64,000 bases of DNA from contig CAWUKT010000025.1 of NCBI GenBank assembly GCA_963923035.1, positions 2,163 to 66,162 of the forward strand. Direction: 5' to 3'. A model generated the notes under the pieces. It was given only the letters and a program-made list of their open reading frames with translations, did no database searches and was not told the DNA's origin. Every line of letters starts with the position of its first letter. Positions within the stretch are counted from its first letter, which is position 1. The position numbers and the translations under genes are program-made. Source of the DNA: an uncultured bacterium. Its GTDB lineage: Bacteria > Bacteroidota > Bacteroidia > J057 > JADKCL01. Below are positions 63,578 to 64,000 of this stretch, one piece after another.

Positions 63578-64000
63578 ATGGCATTACCATCCCGCATTGG
63601 CACCTTGCTACTGGGCTTCCTGGGGCTGTTCAGCTCCATCCAAAGCGCCCATATCCCCGATACCGCCCAGGTCCGCCAACTCCTGGATTCCTGTTGGAAC
63701 CAACTGTATACCGATCCTCAAAATGCCCGCCAATTGGCCGGAGAGGCCCTGATCATCTCCCGGGAAGGTGATTTTCCCGATTGGACGGCCCAGAGTTTGA
63801 ACCGGATTGGTGTGGTGTGCTGGGCCCAGGCGGAATATGACAGCGCCCTCCACTGGCTGAACCTCGCCCACGCCGAGTACGCCGCCATCGACGACGCCGC
63901 CGGGATGGGGGCCGTTTCCAACAACCTCGGCATCACCTATATGGCCCTCGACTACTACGAACTGGCCATGCAGTCCCTGATGGATGCCATTCCGGCCATG
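63578..64000 (+). CDS. TPR-repeat protein, N-terminal fragment (runs off the right edge)
   Basis: Own translation from ATG at 63578 gives MALPSRIGTLLLGFLGLFSSIQSAH... (signal peptide), then TPR-like SLNRIGVVCWAQAEYDSALHWLNLAHAEY...VSNNLGITYMALDYYELAMQSL. The frame has 141 codons without a stop. It is not in the ORF track because it is open-ended. Confidence 0.7.
   Translation, partial: MALPSRIGTLLLGFLGLFSSIQSAHIPDTAQVRQLLDSCWNQLYTDPQNARQLAGEALIISREGDFPDWTAQSLNRIGVVCWAQAEYDSALHWLNLAHAEYAAIDDAAGMGAVSNNLGITYMALDYYELAMQSLMDAIPAM

Noticed and set aside
1-64000. CRISPR arrays, transposases, integrases, prophage blocks and rRNA genes
   Set aside because: None found. The only tandem arrays have 21-bp periods without unique spacers. 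The tail-fibre-like genes are isolated cellular T9SS/secreted-protein types without phage structural or replication neighbours.

Overview
This 64-kb window looks like a Bacteroidota chromosomal segment. Three things support that: many Por_Secre_tail (T9SS) C-terminal domains, a fused LpxC/FabZ, and TAnnTTTG -7 boxes with no Shine-Dalgarno sequences. I see no transposase, integrase, CRISPR array or rRNA. Housekeeping genes are interspersed: tRNA-Thr, nth-mutS, recN, tmk, fhs, nuoJKL, and lpxD-lpxC/fabZ-lpxA. Among them are at least 13 T9SS cargo genes, including an M4 protease, an LTD protein, NIDO-like proteins, a beta-helix protein, tail-fibre-like proteins and two tandem Cys-rich adhesin paralogs. 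The window also holds a proteorhodopsin-family pump, a TPR histidine kinase, an HK-HK-RR cassette, an ECF-like sigma factor, a CDGSH protein and a CDF transporter. The most unusual signals are non-coding. One is a strictly 21-bp-phased array of about 13 GT(G/A/C)GAA units at 28926-29200, whose conservation follows DNA phase rather than codon phase. A second is a GC-rich 21-bp array at 15064-15147, inside an orphan segment bracketed by terminators. A third is a roughly 310-bp G-depleted polypyrimidine tract, also stranded between terminators, downstream of the rhodopsin gene. At protein level, the two translationally coupled histidine kinases show complementary degeneration, and the tail-fibre-like proteins occur both fused to a T9SS CTD and next to small CTD proteins. 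All calls come from reading the sequence and the supplied translations. No database search was run.
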